A stretch of DNA of 64,000 bases, taken from positions 471-64,470 of the forward strand of contig VBID01000114.1 in NCBI GenBank assembly GCA_005880615.1, in the 5' to 3' direction. Origin of the DNA: Chloroflexota bacterium. GTDB taxonomy: Bacteria; Chloroflexota; Dormibacteria; CF-121. The notes beneath the pieces were generated by a model. It saw only the letters and a list, made by a program, of their open reading frames with translations. It was not told the origin of the DNA and made no database searches. This document shows positions 1-7,793 of this stretch, one piece after another (the stretch's first letter is position 1; every line of letters starts with the position of its first letter). The position numbers and the translations under genes are program-made.

Positions 1-857
1 AAAGACGAGCAACTCGGAGGACTCGTTCACGAACAGGCTCCGTCCATCGGCGGAAACGGCCATTGGATGCTGCGCACCGAAGTCGAAGCGGGTGTGCGAA
101 CCGGCATCGAAGTGGCCCGCGATCGTCCCCCGGCGGAGGTCTAAGAGGTCGACAGTGTCGTGAAGGATCGATTCACAGTTTGAGTCGCCGCAGTCGACAA
201 CCCCGCTTACGGAGGCGGTCAGCGCATACACATGCTGCTGGTCGGGCGCTACAACGAGATCGCTCGGAAACGCCATTGGGTAACTCTGAATGACTCGCCC
301 GGCTCGCCAGTCGTACCGGTCGAGCCCGAGCGACACGGTCCGTCTCGAGGGGTCGGTCACCGCGCCAACCCACGTGTAGTGCTCCAGGAAGACCGTCCCG
401 TCGGAAAGCCGGAGCAGCACTGGGCCGCTGCCGTAGCAGCCATGCAAGCTGATCGGTGGGCGCTGATCGTTCCCAGTTGCTGGGTCGACGACCTGGAGAA
501 CGGTGTGGCCACAGTCGTTCGCCGGTGTGATGGCCAGCCGGGCGTGATCCGCCACCATCCAGGCCGATTGCCCGGGAGACAGCCGGCGCTCACGAATATT
601 GAACGCCTGGACCTCCTCCCCAATCGAAAGCTCGATCACGTCGTTGGGGAGGGTGATAGTCGGCGACTTCACTGGAACCCGCGTGGGCGTCGAGCGCAGC
701 TGGAGGAGGACCACGCTCCCTGCGATCAGCAGGCTGCGCTCCGGTCGTGCAGGACGAAGTCGGCGAACCGGAGCATGTCCTGGGCGTGCCGGTGCAGGAG
801 GGCTTCGAACGCCTCCCGATCTCCGGCGCGGGCCCGCCCCGCGAGCTCCTCGTCCAT
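1..857 (-). pseudogene. Truncated ECF sigma factor N-terminus (726..857, 43 aa) joined out of frame to a membrane-anchored beta-propeller/anti-sigma-like ORF that runs off the left edge
   Basis: ATG at 857 gives MDEELAGRARAGDREAFEALLHRHAQDMLRFADFVLHDRSAAC-stop, resembling the start of ECF region 2. A second frame is open from about 740 to base 1: LLIAGSVVLLQL (TM-like) then YVTN-like segments VVAPDQQHVYAL and AVSADGRSLFVN, with no start codon before the TM. Confidence 0.65.
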
Positions 858-933
858 GCCCGCCACCCTAATAGAGGTCACGAGGGGATACAAAAGTTTG
901 GTGGGATGCGTTCCTCGTGGCCTGGAGCGGCGG

Positions 934-1527
934 TCAGCCCACCCGGCCGCTGATCAGCAGGATCCCGATCACCCCCGTGATCACCGCCGCGGTCAACTCC
1001 AGCGGGCGCTGGGGGATCAGCGTGCCCAGCCGGTTGCCGGCGACGACCGCCAGGGCGCTCACGCTCCACAGGGCCAGCGTCGACGCCAGTAAGACCGGGA
1101 CGGGGCGCTGGTAGCGGGCCTGCAGGGCCGCGGTGGCCAGCTGGGTCAAGTCGCCCCACTCGGCAATGAAGACGACCAGGAATGCGGTCATAAACGGCCC
1201 CCGGTGGCGGCGCTCCTCGCGCACAATCTCCTTCTGTTCGACCTCGGCTTGCTTGCGAAAATTCCTCCGGACGAGGACGGCGGCCACCACCACGAATGCC
1301 AGCCCGGCCACGATTCGCACCGGCTCTCGGGGCAGGAAGCCGAGCAGCGACCCGGCGAAGACCGCGACCACGGACTGGATGACGAACGCCAGGGCCGTGC
1401 CGGCGAAGACCGGGAGGGGGCGGAGCCGGCTGGCCATCAACAACGTCGCCAGGGCCGTCTTGTCGGGGAGCTCCAGCAGGAAGATGACCGCGAAAACGCT
1501 CAGCCCGATGGTGAGGTCGGTCGGCAC
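934..1527 (-). CDS. TMEM165/GDT1 (UPF0016) family Ca2+/Mn2+ transporter
   Basis: Two ExGDxT-like motifs (LELPDKT, AEWGDLTQ); hydrophobic, 197 aa. Confidence 0.9.
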   Translation of the reverse strand: MPTDLTIGLSVFAVIFLLELPDKTALATLLMASRLRPLPVFAGTALAFVIQSVVAVFAGSLLGFLPREPVRIVAGLAFVVVAAVLVRRNFRKQAEVEQKEIVREERRHRGPFMTAFLVVFIAEWGDLTQLATAALQARYQRPVPVLLASTLALWSVSALAVVAGNRLGTLIPQRPLELTAAVITGVIGILLISGRVG

Positions 1528-1552
1528 CAGTGGAGTCTACGGAGAAGGAGGT

Positions 1553-1615
1553 CTAGCGGGCCCAGAGCGGGAAGGAGACCAGGAAGATCACGACGCCGAG
1601 CCCCAGGGTGCGCAT
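1553..1615 (-). CDS. Candidate 20-aa hydrophobic peptide MRTLGLGVVIFLVSFPLWAR
   Basis: ATG lies 1 nt after the response regulator stop (TAA-C-ATG); single TM-like; very short. Confidence 0.3.
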   Translation of the reverse strand: MRTLGLGVVIFLVSFPLWAR

Positions 1616-1616
1616 G

Positions 1617-2357
1617 TTAGCCCGCCAGCGCCAGCTCGGGTCCCTGGGAAGAGGTTACCTTCCCGTTGAACCGGTAGCCGACGCCGCGCTTGGTGTGGAT
1701 GTAGGTGGGCTTGTTGGGCTGGGGCTCGATCTTGGCCCGCAGCCGGGAGATGTGCACCCGCAGGCCCTCCTCGTAGGCTTCCTCGTCGCCGTCCCAGGCT
1801 TTGGCCAGCAGGGTCTCGTTGGTGACGACCCGCCCGGCGTTGCGCACCAGCAGGAACAGCAGCTTGGACTCGGTGGGGGTGAGGGTCAGCTGCTTGCCGC
1901 GCACCCGTGCCCAGTGCTGGACAAAGTTGATCTGCAAATCCGGGTCGATGACGACCTCGGGCTGCTCCACCCCGGCGGATTCGCCGAAGCGGCGCAGGAC
2001 GCGCTGGATGCGGGCCACCAGCTCTTCCTTCTCGAATGGCTTCACGATGTAGTCCTCGGCGTACATTTGCAGGCCCTCGACCTTGCTCTCCAGGGCCGCC
2101 ACGGCGCTGAGGATCATGATCGGGACGTCGAGGTGACTCTTAATTCGCCGGCACAGCTCGAACCCATCCATGTCCGGCATCATCAGGTCCACCACCACGA
2201 GGTGGGGGATGCCGTCGTGGAGCTTGCGCAGAGCCTCCGGGCCGCTGCCGGCGGTCATGACCTCGTACCCCGCGTGCTCGAGGATCCGCTTGAGGATCTC
2301 GCGAGCCATCGCGTCGTCGTCCACGATCAGGACCCGGTAGCGGTTGACGATGTTCAC
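1617..2357 (-). CDS. OmpR/PhoB-family response regulator (no kinase adjacent)
   Basis: VLIVDDD, phosphoacceptor in VVDLMMP, KPF, winged-helix end HTKRGVGYRF. GTG at 2357 chosen; the longer 390-aa ORF extends into a MITE. Confidence 0.92.
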   Translation of the reverse strand: MNIVNRYRVLIVDDDAMAREILKRILEHAGYEVMTAGSGPEALRKLHDGIPHLVVVDLMMPDMDGFELCRRIKSHLDVPIMILSAVAALESKVEGLQMYAEDYIVKPFEKEELVARIQRVLRRFGESAGVEQPEVVIDPDLQINFVQHWARVRGKQLTLTPTESKLLFLLVRNAGRVVTNETLLAKAWDGDEEAYEEGLRVHISRLRAKIEPQPNKPTYIHTKRGVGYRFNGKVTSSQGPELALAG

Positions 2358-2405
2358 TCCCTGCCGACCCGCCAGGATCGCGCGCCTAACGGCGGAGCGG
2401 CCGCC

Positions 2406-2528
2406 ATGAATCTGGATACCCTGCAGCAAGAGGGTTTCGCCCTCGCCCTGCACTGGTATATGACCGGGTTCGTCCATTTCCTTACGGTTCCTCTTGACGA
2501 TGTGATGAAGCTTGTCGCACGCGAGTGA
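2406..2528 (+). CDS. Candidate 40-aa protein MNLDTLQQEGFALALHWYMTGFVHFLTVPLDDVMKLVARE
   Basis: ATG with GGAG upstream, protein-like composition, divergent from the response regulator. Confidence 0.3.
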   Translation: MNLDTLQQEGFALALHWYMTGFVHFLTVPLDDVMKLVARE

Positions 2529-2644
2529 CAGCCCCTGCTGGTCCATCACGCGGGCTGCGCGTGACCTGTCCACACGGTAGGGAGTGGGGCTTACGGCTGC
2601 TCTTACAAGGCCCGAACCAGGATGGGCCGGATGCCCCTGGGCCC

Positions 2645-2825
2645 AAGCCCGAATCCACCGGATCGAGCTGGCATCGCGGGCGCGGATGCGGCCGATCCGG
2701 GCGTCGTCTCCTGCGGGCGCTCGGTCACGCATCGACGGATGCGCTCCCTCGCGTGCTCGTCGCCTCCTTCGGCTCGGCACGCCCCGCATCCCGATCTGCG
2801 GCGCCCGACCGGTAGATCCGGGCTA
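2645..2825 (+). mobile_element. MITE copy 1 (~177-bp core)
   Basis: Ends AGCCCGAATCCACCGG ... CCGGTAGATCCGGGCT; interior similar to the copies at 9160, 19094 and 25607. Confidence 0.85.
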
Positions 2826-2826
2826 G

Positions 2827-2858
2827 AAAAGGGGGGCGAGCGGTGCCTCTCGCCCCCC
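2827..2858 (-). terminator. Intrinsic terminator-like hairpin
   Basis: 10-bp stem 2831-2840/2849-2858 (GGGGGGCGAG/CTCGCCCCCC), followed by TTTT on the minus strand. Confidence 0.6.
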
Positions 2859-2990
2859 TCTGCCCTGATCCTACGGTCCGGCGGACCGGCGGAAAACGAT
2901 CAGAGGGCCCACCCAGGGCGCCATTCGGGCCCCCTCGGAATTGGTGCCGGGCCTTGGCCGGGACCAACCGGGCTACAATGGCGTTTGCCC

Positions 2991-3074
2991 GCCCGGGTGG
3001 TGGAACTGGTAGACACGCAGCTTTGAGGGGGCTGTGAGCGCAAGCTTGTAAGGGTTCAAATCCCTTCCCGGGCA
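2991..3074 (+). tRNA. tRNA-Leu (anticodon GAG), CCA not encoded
   Basis: Acceptor GCCCGGG/CCCGGGC, D arm TGGTGGAACTGGTAGACAC, anticodon arm CAGCT-TTGAGGG-GGCTG, long variable arm, T arm AAGGG-TTCAAAT-CCCTT; TACAAT 11 nt upstream. Confidence 0.97.
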
Positions 3075-3084
3075 GTTCACCGAT

Positions 3085-3597
3085 TTGAGCATCAGCAGCT
3101 GGTTTCTGCGGCTCCGTTACCCCCGGCACCGGTTCGGGGCCGGCTTTCGCGGGCCCTGGCGGCTCCGGATCAAGGGTCCGGGGACGGTCTCCTTCGGCAC
3201 CAACGTGCGGATCCGCAACCGGGCGGGGCGCACAGCGCTGATCACGCACACGCCAGGCGCGCGGATCGAGGTGGGCGACGGGGTGGAAATCGACGGCGCC
3301 GGCATCATGGCCGCCACTTCGATCGTCATCGGACCGGGGGCCATGCTCGGCTCCTGCCTCCTGGTGGACACCGACTACCATTCCGTGGGGCCATCCCGCC
3401 GGGGACCGGACGCGGCGGTGGTAGTGGGGCCAATCCGGATCGGCGCCGGGGCCTGGATCCAGGACCGGGCCACCATCCTGAAGGGAGTGGCGGTGGGGGA
3501 GGGGGCTATAGTCCGGTTCGCGTCAGTGGTCGCCAGTGACGTGCCCGCGGGCGCGGTGGTGCTGGGGAATCCCGCCCGAGTAGTCGTGCCGCCGTAG
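3085..3597 (+). CDS. Hexapeptide-repeat (left-handed beta-helix) acyltransferase
   Basis: IVIGPGAMLG, DTDYH, IRIGAGAWI, DVPAGAVVLGNPARV. Confidence 0.88.
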   Translation: MSISSWFLRLRYPRHRFGAGFRGPWRLRIKGPGTVSFGTNVRIRNRAGRTALITHTPGARIEVGDGVEIDGAGIMAATSIVIGPGAMLGSCLLVDTDYHSVGPSRRGPDAAVVVGPIRIGAGAWIQDRATILKGVAVGEGAIVRFASVVASDVPAGAVVLGNPARVVVPP

Positions 3598-3610
3598 CCC
3601 GAATCTGGCG

Positions 3611-3793
3611 TTAGTGTTGGGCTGCGGCGGCGATGTTGCTGTACAGGTTCTTGACCGTGTTGCCCAGCACCATGACCACCAGGATCAGGATGACGACCAC
3701 CAGCGACAGGATCAGGGCGTACTCGAGCATGGACTGCCCTTCAAGGTCCTGGCGCCGGAGGTACGCGCGAACCGCCCAAATGAGTCCACCCAA
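3611..3793 (-). CDS. flp: Flp/Fap type IVb pilin
   Basis: EG|QSMLEY prepilin cleavage/Flp motif followed by a hydrophobic helix; AGAGG 7 nt before the TTG. Confidence 0.9.
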   Translation of the reverse strand: MGGLIWAVRAYLRRQDLEGQSMLEYALILSLVVVILILVVMVLGNTVKNLYSNIAAAAQH

Positions 3794-3875
3794 AATAAAG
3801 CCTCTTTATAAACGAGATCGACGTTGGGCCCAGCATGCACGGTAAACGTTGCGCCGGCCTTAAGCGAAACTGGCT

Positions 3876-3891
3876 GTGACCGGATTGTTAC
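3876..3891. promoter_or_regulatory. GTnAC-N6-GTnAC direct-repeat box upstream of the pilin gene
   Basis: GTGAC-CGGATT-GTTAC; matches the GlnR/MtrA-type OmpR-family spacing. Confidence 0.4.
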
Positions 3892-3940
3892 CGGAGCGGT
3901 ACCAGACCGGCAGGCTCTTGCCGTTGCCGCCCCGCGCGAG

Positions 3941-4087
3941 TCAGGCCTGGGCCTGGTGGGAGCGCTGGACCAGGTAGGTAACCACCGTCAGGTATTCGGC
4001 CGAGTCCGCCGACCCCACCCAGCGGGCGTCGTCGGGACCTCGGCCAAATAGGGCGAAGAGATCGTTCAGCGTCAGCTTCTCCTGCAT
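3941..4087 (-). CDS. Unannotated 48-aa protein, paralog A
   Basis: MQEKLTLNDLFALFGRGPDDARWVGSADSAEYLTVVTYLVQRSHQAQA; 29/42 identical to its neighbour; TATGAT upstream. Confidence 0.8.
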   Translation of the reverse strand: MQEKLTLNDLFALFGRGPDDARWVGSADSAEYLTVVTYLVQRSHQAQA

Positions 4088-4147
4088 AATGTGATAGTAG
4101 CGGTATCATAGCACGGCCGTCGCGTTCCGCCCAAACCCCGAATACGG

Positions 4148-4288
4148 TCAGCGGTGGTCGTCGCGCTGGACGAGGTAGAGGACGACCGCCAGGTACTCCT
4201 GGGAGTCGGCCGAGGCGACCCAGCGGGTGTCTTCCGGCTGCCGGCCGAACAGGGAAAAGACCTCGGTCAGCGTCAGGTGCTCGTCCAT
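4148..4288 (-). CDS. Unannotated 46-aa protein, paralog B
   Basis: MDEHLTLTEVFSLFGRQPEDTRWVASADSQEYLAVVLYLVQRDDHR; gap-free alignment with paralog A. Confidence 0.8.
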   Translation of the reverse strand: MDEHLTLTEVFSLFGRQPEDTRWVASADSQEYLAVVLYLVQRDDHR

Positions 4289-4345
4289 AGGCGTCGCGCC
4301 CATGGGGGTGCAACGGCCGCCGCCGCGCGAAGCGCGCGAATTCCA

Positions 4346-4361
4346 GTCACAAGCCGGTAAC
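4346..4361. promoter_or_regulatory. Second GTnAC-N6-GTnAC box
   Basis: GTCAC-AAGCCG-GTAAC in the divergent intergenic region. Confidence 0.4.
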
Positions 4362-4441
4362 GGTTGCCGGTTCACAGGCCCGCTGCTTAGGCGGGCGGTG
4401 GCCCGGGTACACTTTCGAGGCAACTTACGGAGGGTAAATCG

Positions 4442-5161
4442 ATGTTCTTCTTCAGTCCCGGCTACTTGTTGTTCGTCTTCCTTCCCATCCTGGTCCTCAG
4501 CCTGGCGGCCCGGGGATGGGTCCAGTCCACCTACGCGCGCTACTCCAAGGTGCCCAACTCCACCGGGCAGACGGGGGCCCAGGTCGCCCAGCGGATCCTG
4601 ACCGGCAGCGGACTGAGCCATGTCCAGATCAACATCATCGACGGGGATCTGACCGACAACTACGATCCCCGCACCAAGACCCTCAACCTGTCCCGCGGCG
4701 TGGCCACCAGCACGTCAGTCGCGGCCGAGGCGGTGGCGGCCCACGAGATCGGTCACGCGCAGCAGGACGCGCAGGGCTACTTCGCCATGCAGTGGCGATC
4801 AGGCCTGGTGCCGGTGGCCAACCTCGGGTCTCAGGCGGCTCCGCTGATCGTGGTGGCCGGCCTGATCCTCTCCTGGCTGTCGGGTGGTGCCACCTTTGGT
4901 ATCGCGATCGCCGAGCTCGGCCTCGCCCTGTTCGCCATGGTCGTCCTCTTCAACCTGGTGACCACCCCGGTCGAGCTAAACGCCAGCCATCGCGCGCTGG
5001 GCCTGCTGGCCGAGAACGGGGCCATCCTGCCGGAAGAGCAAGCCGGCGCGCGCCAGATGCTGCGGGCGGCCGCTTTCACCTACTGGGTGGCGCTGATCGC
5101 CTCCATCCTGACCCTGCTCTATTACGCCTCGCTGGTCTTTGGCAATCGTCGCAACAACTGA
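4442..5161 (+). CDS. yugP: YugP-family membrane zinc metallopeptidase
   Basis: LTDNYDPRTKTLNLS, AAHEIGHA (HExxH), TPVELNAS; GGAGG SD. Confidence 0.9.
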   Translation: MFFFSPGYLLFVFLPILVLSLAARGWVQSTYARYSKVPNSTGQTGAQVAQRILTGSGLSHVQINIIDGDLTDNYDPRTKTLNLSRGVATSTSVAAEAVAAHEIGHAQQDAQGYFAMQWRSGLVPVANLGSQAAPLIVVAGLILSWLSGGATFGIAIAELGLALFAMVVLFNLVTTPVELNASHRALGLLAENGAILPEEQAGARQMLRAAAFTYWVALIASILTLLYYASLVFGNRRNN

Positions 5162-6230
5162 CCGCGCCCCATTCGCGACCGCCGACCCGGACGCGGTCGC
5201 CCGGTTTTTGACGGCCGGCGGGGAGCCCGCATACCGCGCCGACCAGGCGCGGACCTGGTTCTGGCGGCAGCTGGCGCCCTCCTTCGAGGCCATGCGGACG
5301 CTCTCGCCGGCGGCGCGGGCCCAGCTGGCCGGGGGCTACACCTTTTCCACGGTCGCTGAACACCGCAAGCGGGAGGCTGACCGCGGGGCCACCGTCAAAT
5401 ACTTGTTCCGGCTTCAGGATGGGCGCACCATCGAGACGGTGGTGATGCACTATCCGGCGACCGAGCGCGGACGCGCCCGGACCACGGTCTGCGTCAGTTC
5501 GCAGGTCGGTTGTCCCATTGGCTGCACCTTCTGCGCCACTGGCCAGTCCGGCTTCGACCGCAACCTGACCGAGGCCGAGATCGTCGACCAGTTCCTGGCC
5601 GCCAGCCGGGGACTGAAGGCGCAACAGCGCGCTCTGACCAACGTGGTTTTCATGGGCATGGGCGAGCCCCTGAACAACTACGCAGCCGTGGTGGCGGCCA
5701 TCCGGCGCTGGGCACGGCCGGACACACTGAAATTCAGTCCGCGACGGGTGACGATCTCGACCATCGGACTGGTGCCGTTCATCGAGCGGCTGGCGGCGGA
5801 GAACCTTCCGGTCAATCTGGCCATCTCCCTGCACGCCCCGGACGACGCGTTGCGCTCGTCGATGATCCCGGTCAATCGGAAATACCCGATCGCCGCGGTG
5901 GTCGCGGCGGCCCGGGCGCATGCCGAGCGGACCGGGCGGCGCAACAGTTATGAGTACGTGATGCTGGCCGGGGTCAATGACAGCTCGGAACAGGCCGGCC
6001 GCCTGGCGTCCGTGATCGGGCGCCACCTGACCCACGTCAACCTGATCCCGATGAATCCGGTGGAGGGCAGCCCGCTGCATCGGCCGAGTCGCGACCGCAC
6101 CCTCGCCTTCCAGCGCATTCTGCAGGCAGCCGGAATCTCGACCACCATTCGCGATACGCGGGGACTGGACATCGACGCCGCCTGCGGCCAGCTCCGGGCA
6201 CGAGAGCTGGCTCCCACGCCCGCAGGATAG
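5139..6230 (+). CDS. rlmN: 23S rRNA A2503 C2-methyltransferase (radical SAM)
   Basis: CVSSQVGCPIGCTFC, FMGMGEP, DIDAACGQL; start uncertain. Confidence 0.95.
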   Translation: MAIVATTDRAPFATADPDAVARFLTAGGEPAYRADQARTWFWRQLAPSFEAMRTLSPAARAQLAGGYTFSTVAEHRKREADRGATVKYLFRLQDGRTIETVVMHYPATERGRARTTVCVSSQVGCPIGCTFCATGQSGFDRNLTEAEIVDQFLAASRGLKAQQRALTNVVFMGMGEPLNNYAAVVAAIRRWARPDTLKFSPRRVTISTIGLVPFIERLAAENLPVNLAISLHAPDDALRSSMIPVNRKYPIAAVVAAARAHAERTGRRNSYEYVMLAGVNDSSEQAGRLASVIGRHLTHVNLIPMNPVEGSPLHRPSRDRTLAFQRILQAAGISTTIRDTRGLDIDAACGQLRARELAPTPAG

Positions 6231-6298
6231 ACGCGCCTGCAGGGCTTGTACCCTGCATGGATAGTCGTCCCGTGATGCAGACCTATACTCAGGGGGTA

Positions 6299-7144
6299 TT
6301 GAGGAAAACCCTATTCCTCTCGCTTGGGGTGGCGATGACCCTCGCCGCCTGCGGCGCCTCAGCGCCGGCCGAAACGCCGCAGCAGGTGCTGGCCGCCGCC
6401 GCCCAAAAGCTGGGCGGACTGCACACCGTCAAATTCGACGTGCATGGGACCATCCTGACCAGGATCCCACCCGAAGTCATGGCGGCGCTGACGAACAACC
6501 AGGCGCAGCAGGGTTCTTCGGTGGCGGCCCTGGCCAACACCAGCGTCGACCTGAAGGGCACCGGTGAGGCCGTCTATCCGGACCAGATGCACGTCAGCGT
6601 CCAGGTGACCACCAGCGGGCTGGCCTTCGCTACTGAGCAGGTGGTCGCGGGCGGCAAGGTGTACACCAAGAATCCGCTCACCGGGCAATGGCTGGCCGGC
6701 GACCCCAGCCAGCTCGGCATGCAGCTCAACCAGCTCGGACCATTGACAGCCAAGCAGATCCTGGAGGCGTCGGGGTCGGTCCAGGATCTGGGCGACGTCA
6801 GCCCCAACAACGTGGCCACCCATCACTACCGGATCACGCCCGACAAGACCAAGCTGACCAGCACGCTGGAAGCCAATCCGGCCTTCACCGACCCGCAGGC
6901 CCGCAAGGCGCTCGAACAGGCGCTCACTGCCGGGACGCTCACCTTCGAGGTCTGGATTAGTAAGGATGATCACCTGCTGCGATCCATGCGGTCCGATGCC
7001 GACGTGCTGATCCCGGCGGCCCAGCTGGTCTCGGGCACTACGCAGCTCCCGGCCGGTGCCGCCATCCACATCACCGCCCACCTCGACCTGGCCTTTCACG
7101 ACTTCAATGCGCCGGTGACGATTACCATCCCCAAAACGTCTTGA
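6299..7144 (+). CDS. Lipoprotein, LppX/LprAFG-like
   Basis: Signal MRKTLFLSLGVAMTLAA-C (lipobox); TATACT 9 nt before the TTG; beta-rich body ending FHDFNAPVTITIP. Confidence 0.75.
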   Translation: MRKTLFLSLGVAMTLAACGASAPAETPQQVLAAAAQKLGGLHTVKFDVHGTILTRIPPEVMAALTNNQAQQGSSVAALANTSVDLKGTGEAVYPDQMHVSVQVTTSGLAFATEQVVAGGKVYTKNPLTGQWLAGDPSQLGMQLNQLGPLTAKQILEASGSVQDLGDVSPNNVATHHYRITPDKTKLTSTLEANPAFTDPQARKALEQALTAGTLTFEVWISKDDHLLRSMRSDADVLIPAAQLVSGTTQLPAGAAIHITAHLDLAFHDFNAPVTITIPKTS

Positions 7145-7788
7145 TCGTTTCGCCATCGCTCCTGTCGGCCGACTTCAGTCGGCTGGGGGAGGAGGTCGCC
7201 GCGCTGGAAGCGGCCGGCGCCGACTGGATCCACTTCGACGTGATGGACGGCCACTTCGTGCCCCCCATCACCATCGGTCCGATGGTGATCAAGCAGTGCC
7301 GGCGCTATGCCAGGATCCCCTTCGATGTGCACCTGATGATCGAGGCGCCGGAGCGGACCCTCGGAGACTACGCCGACGCCGGGGCGACGACGCTCTCGGT
7401 CCACGTCGAGTCGACCCGCCACATCCACCGGACGCTAGAGCTGATCCGCACGGCCGGCATGCGTCCGGGCGTGTGCCTCAATCCCGGGAGCCCGTTGGAC
7501 CTGGTGGCGCCGGTCCTCCCGTTGGCCGACCTGCTGGTGGTGATGGGCGTCAACCCGGGGTGGGGCGGCCAACCGTTCATCGACTCCACGCCCGAGCGGG
7601 TCCGGGCCGCCCGCCAACTGGCGGACCGCCTGCATCCCACGCTGGACATCGAGGTCGACGGCGGCGTCAACCTGGAGACCGGGCGGAAAGTTTCGACCGC
7701 GGGCGCCACGGTGCTGGTGGCGGGGCACTTCACCTTCAGCCACCCGAACGGCGCCAAGGCCGCCATCGCCCAGTTACACGGCCTTTAG
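7141..7788 (+). CDS. rpe: Ribulose-phosphate 3-epimerase
   Basis: SPSLLSADF, HFDVMDGHFVP, DVHLM, VDGG. Confidence 0.96.
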   Translation: MIVSPSLLSADFSRLGEEVAALEAAGADWIHFDVMDGHFVPPITIGPMVIKQCRRYARIPFDVHLMIEAPERTLGDYADAGATTLSVHVESTRHIHRTLELIRTAGMRPGVCLNPGSPLDLVAPVLPLADLLVVMGVNPGWGGQPFIDSTPERVRAARQLADRLHPTLDIEVDGGVNLETGRKVSTAGATVLVAGHFTFSHPNGAKAAIAQLHGL

Positions 7789-7793
7789 GAAGG

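Noticed and set aside
1528-1620. yybP-ykoY Mn riboswitch upstream of the GDT1 gene
   Set aside because: There is no room and I found none of the conserved aptamer landmarks.
2358-2789. 144-aa extension of the response regulator into MITE copy 1
   Set aside because: It is not protein-like, and the receiver domain normally begins near 2357; the open frame is plausible by chance at this GC.
2650-2789. Arg-rich ORF ([11 protein letters not shown]...) recurring in MITE copies as a possible encoded protein
   Set aside because: Copies differ by frameshifting indels, so the ORF is a by-product of the repeat and far too short for a transposase.
2991-3100. tRNA-Leu as an integration site for a genomic island
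   Set aside because: No integrase, and no duplicated tRNA 3' end was noticed by eye.
6239-6256. Small hairpins at 6239-6256 and 7782-7795
   Set aside because: The 5-6-bp stems lack a U tract and are expected by chance at this GC.
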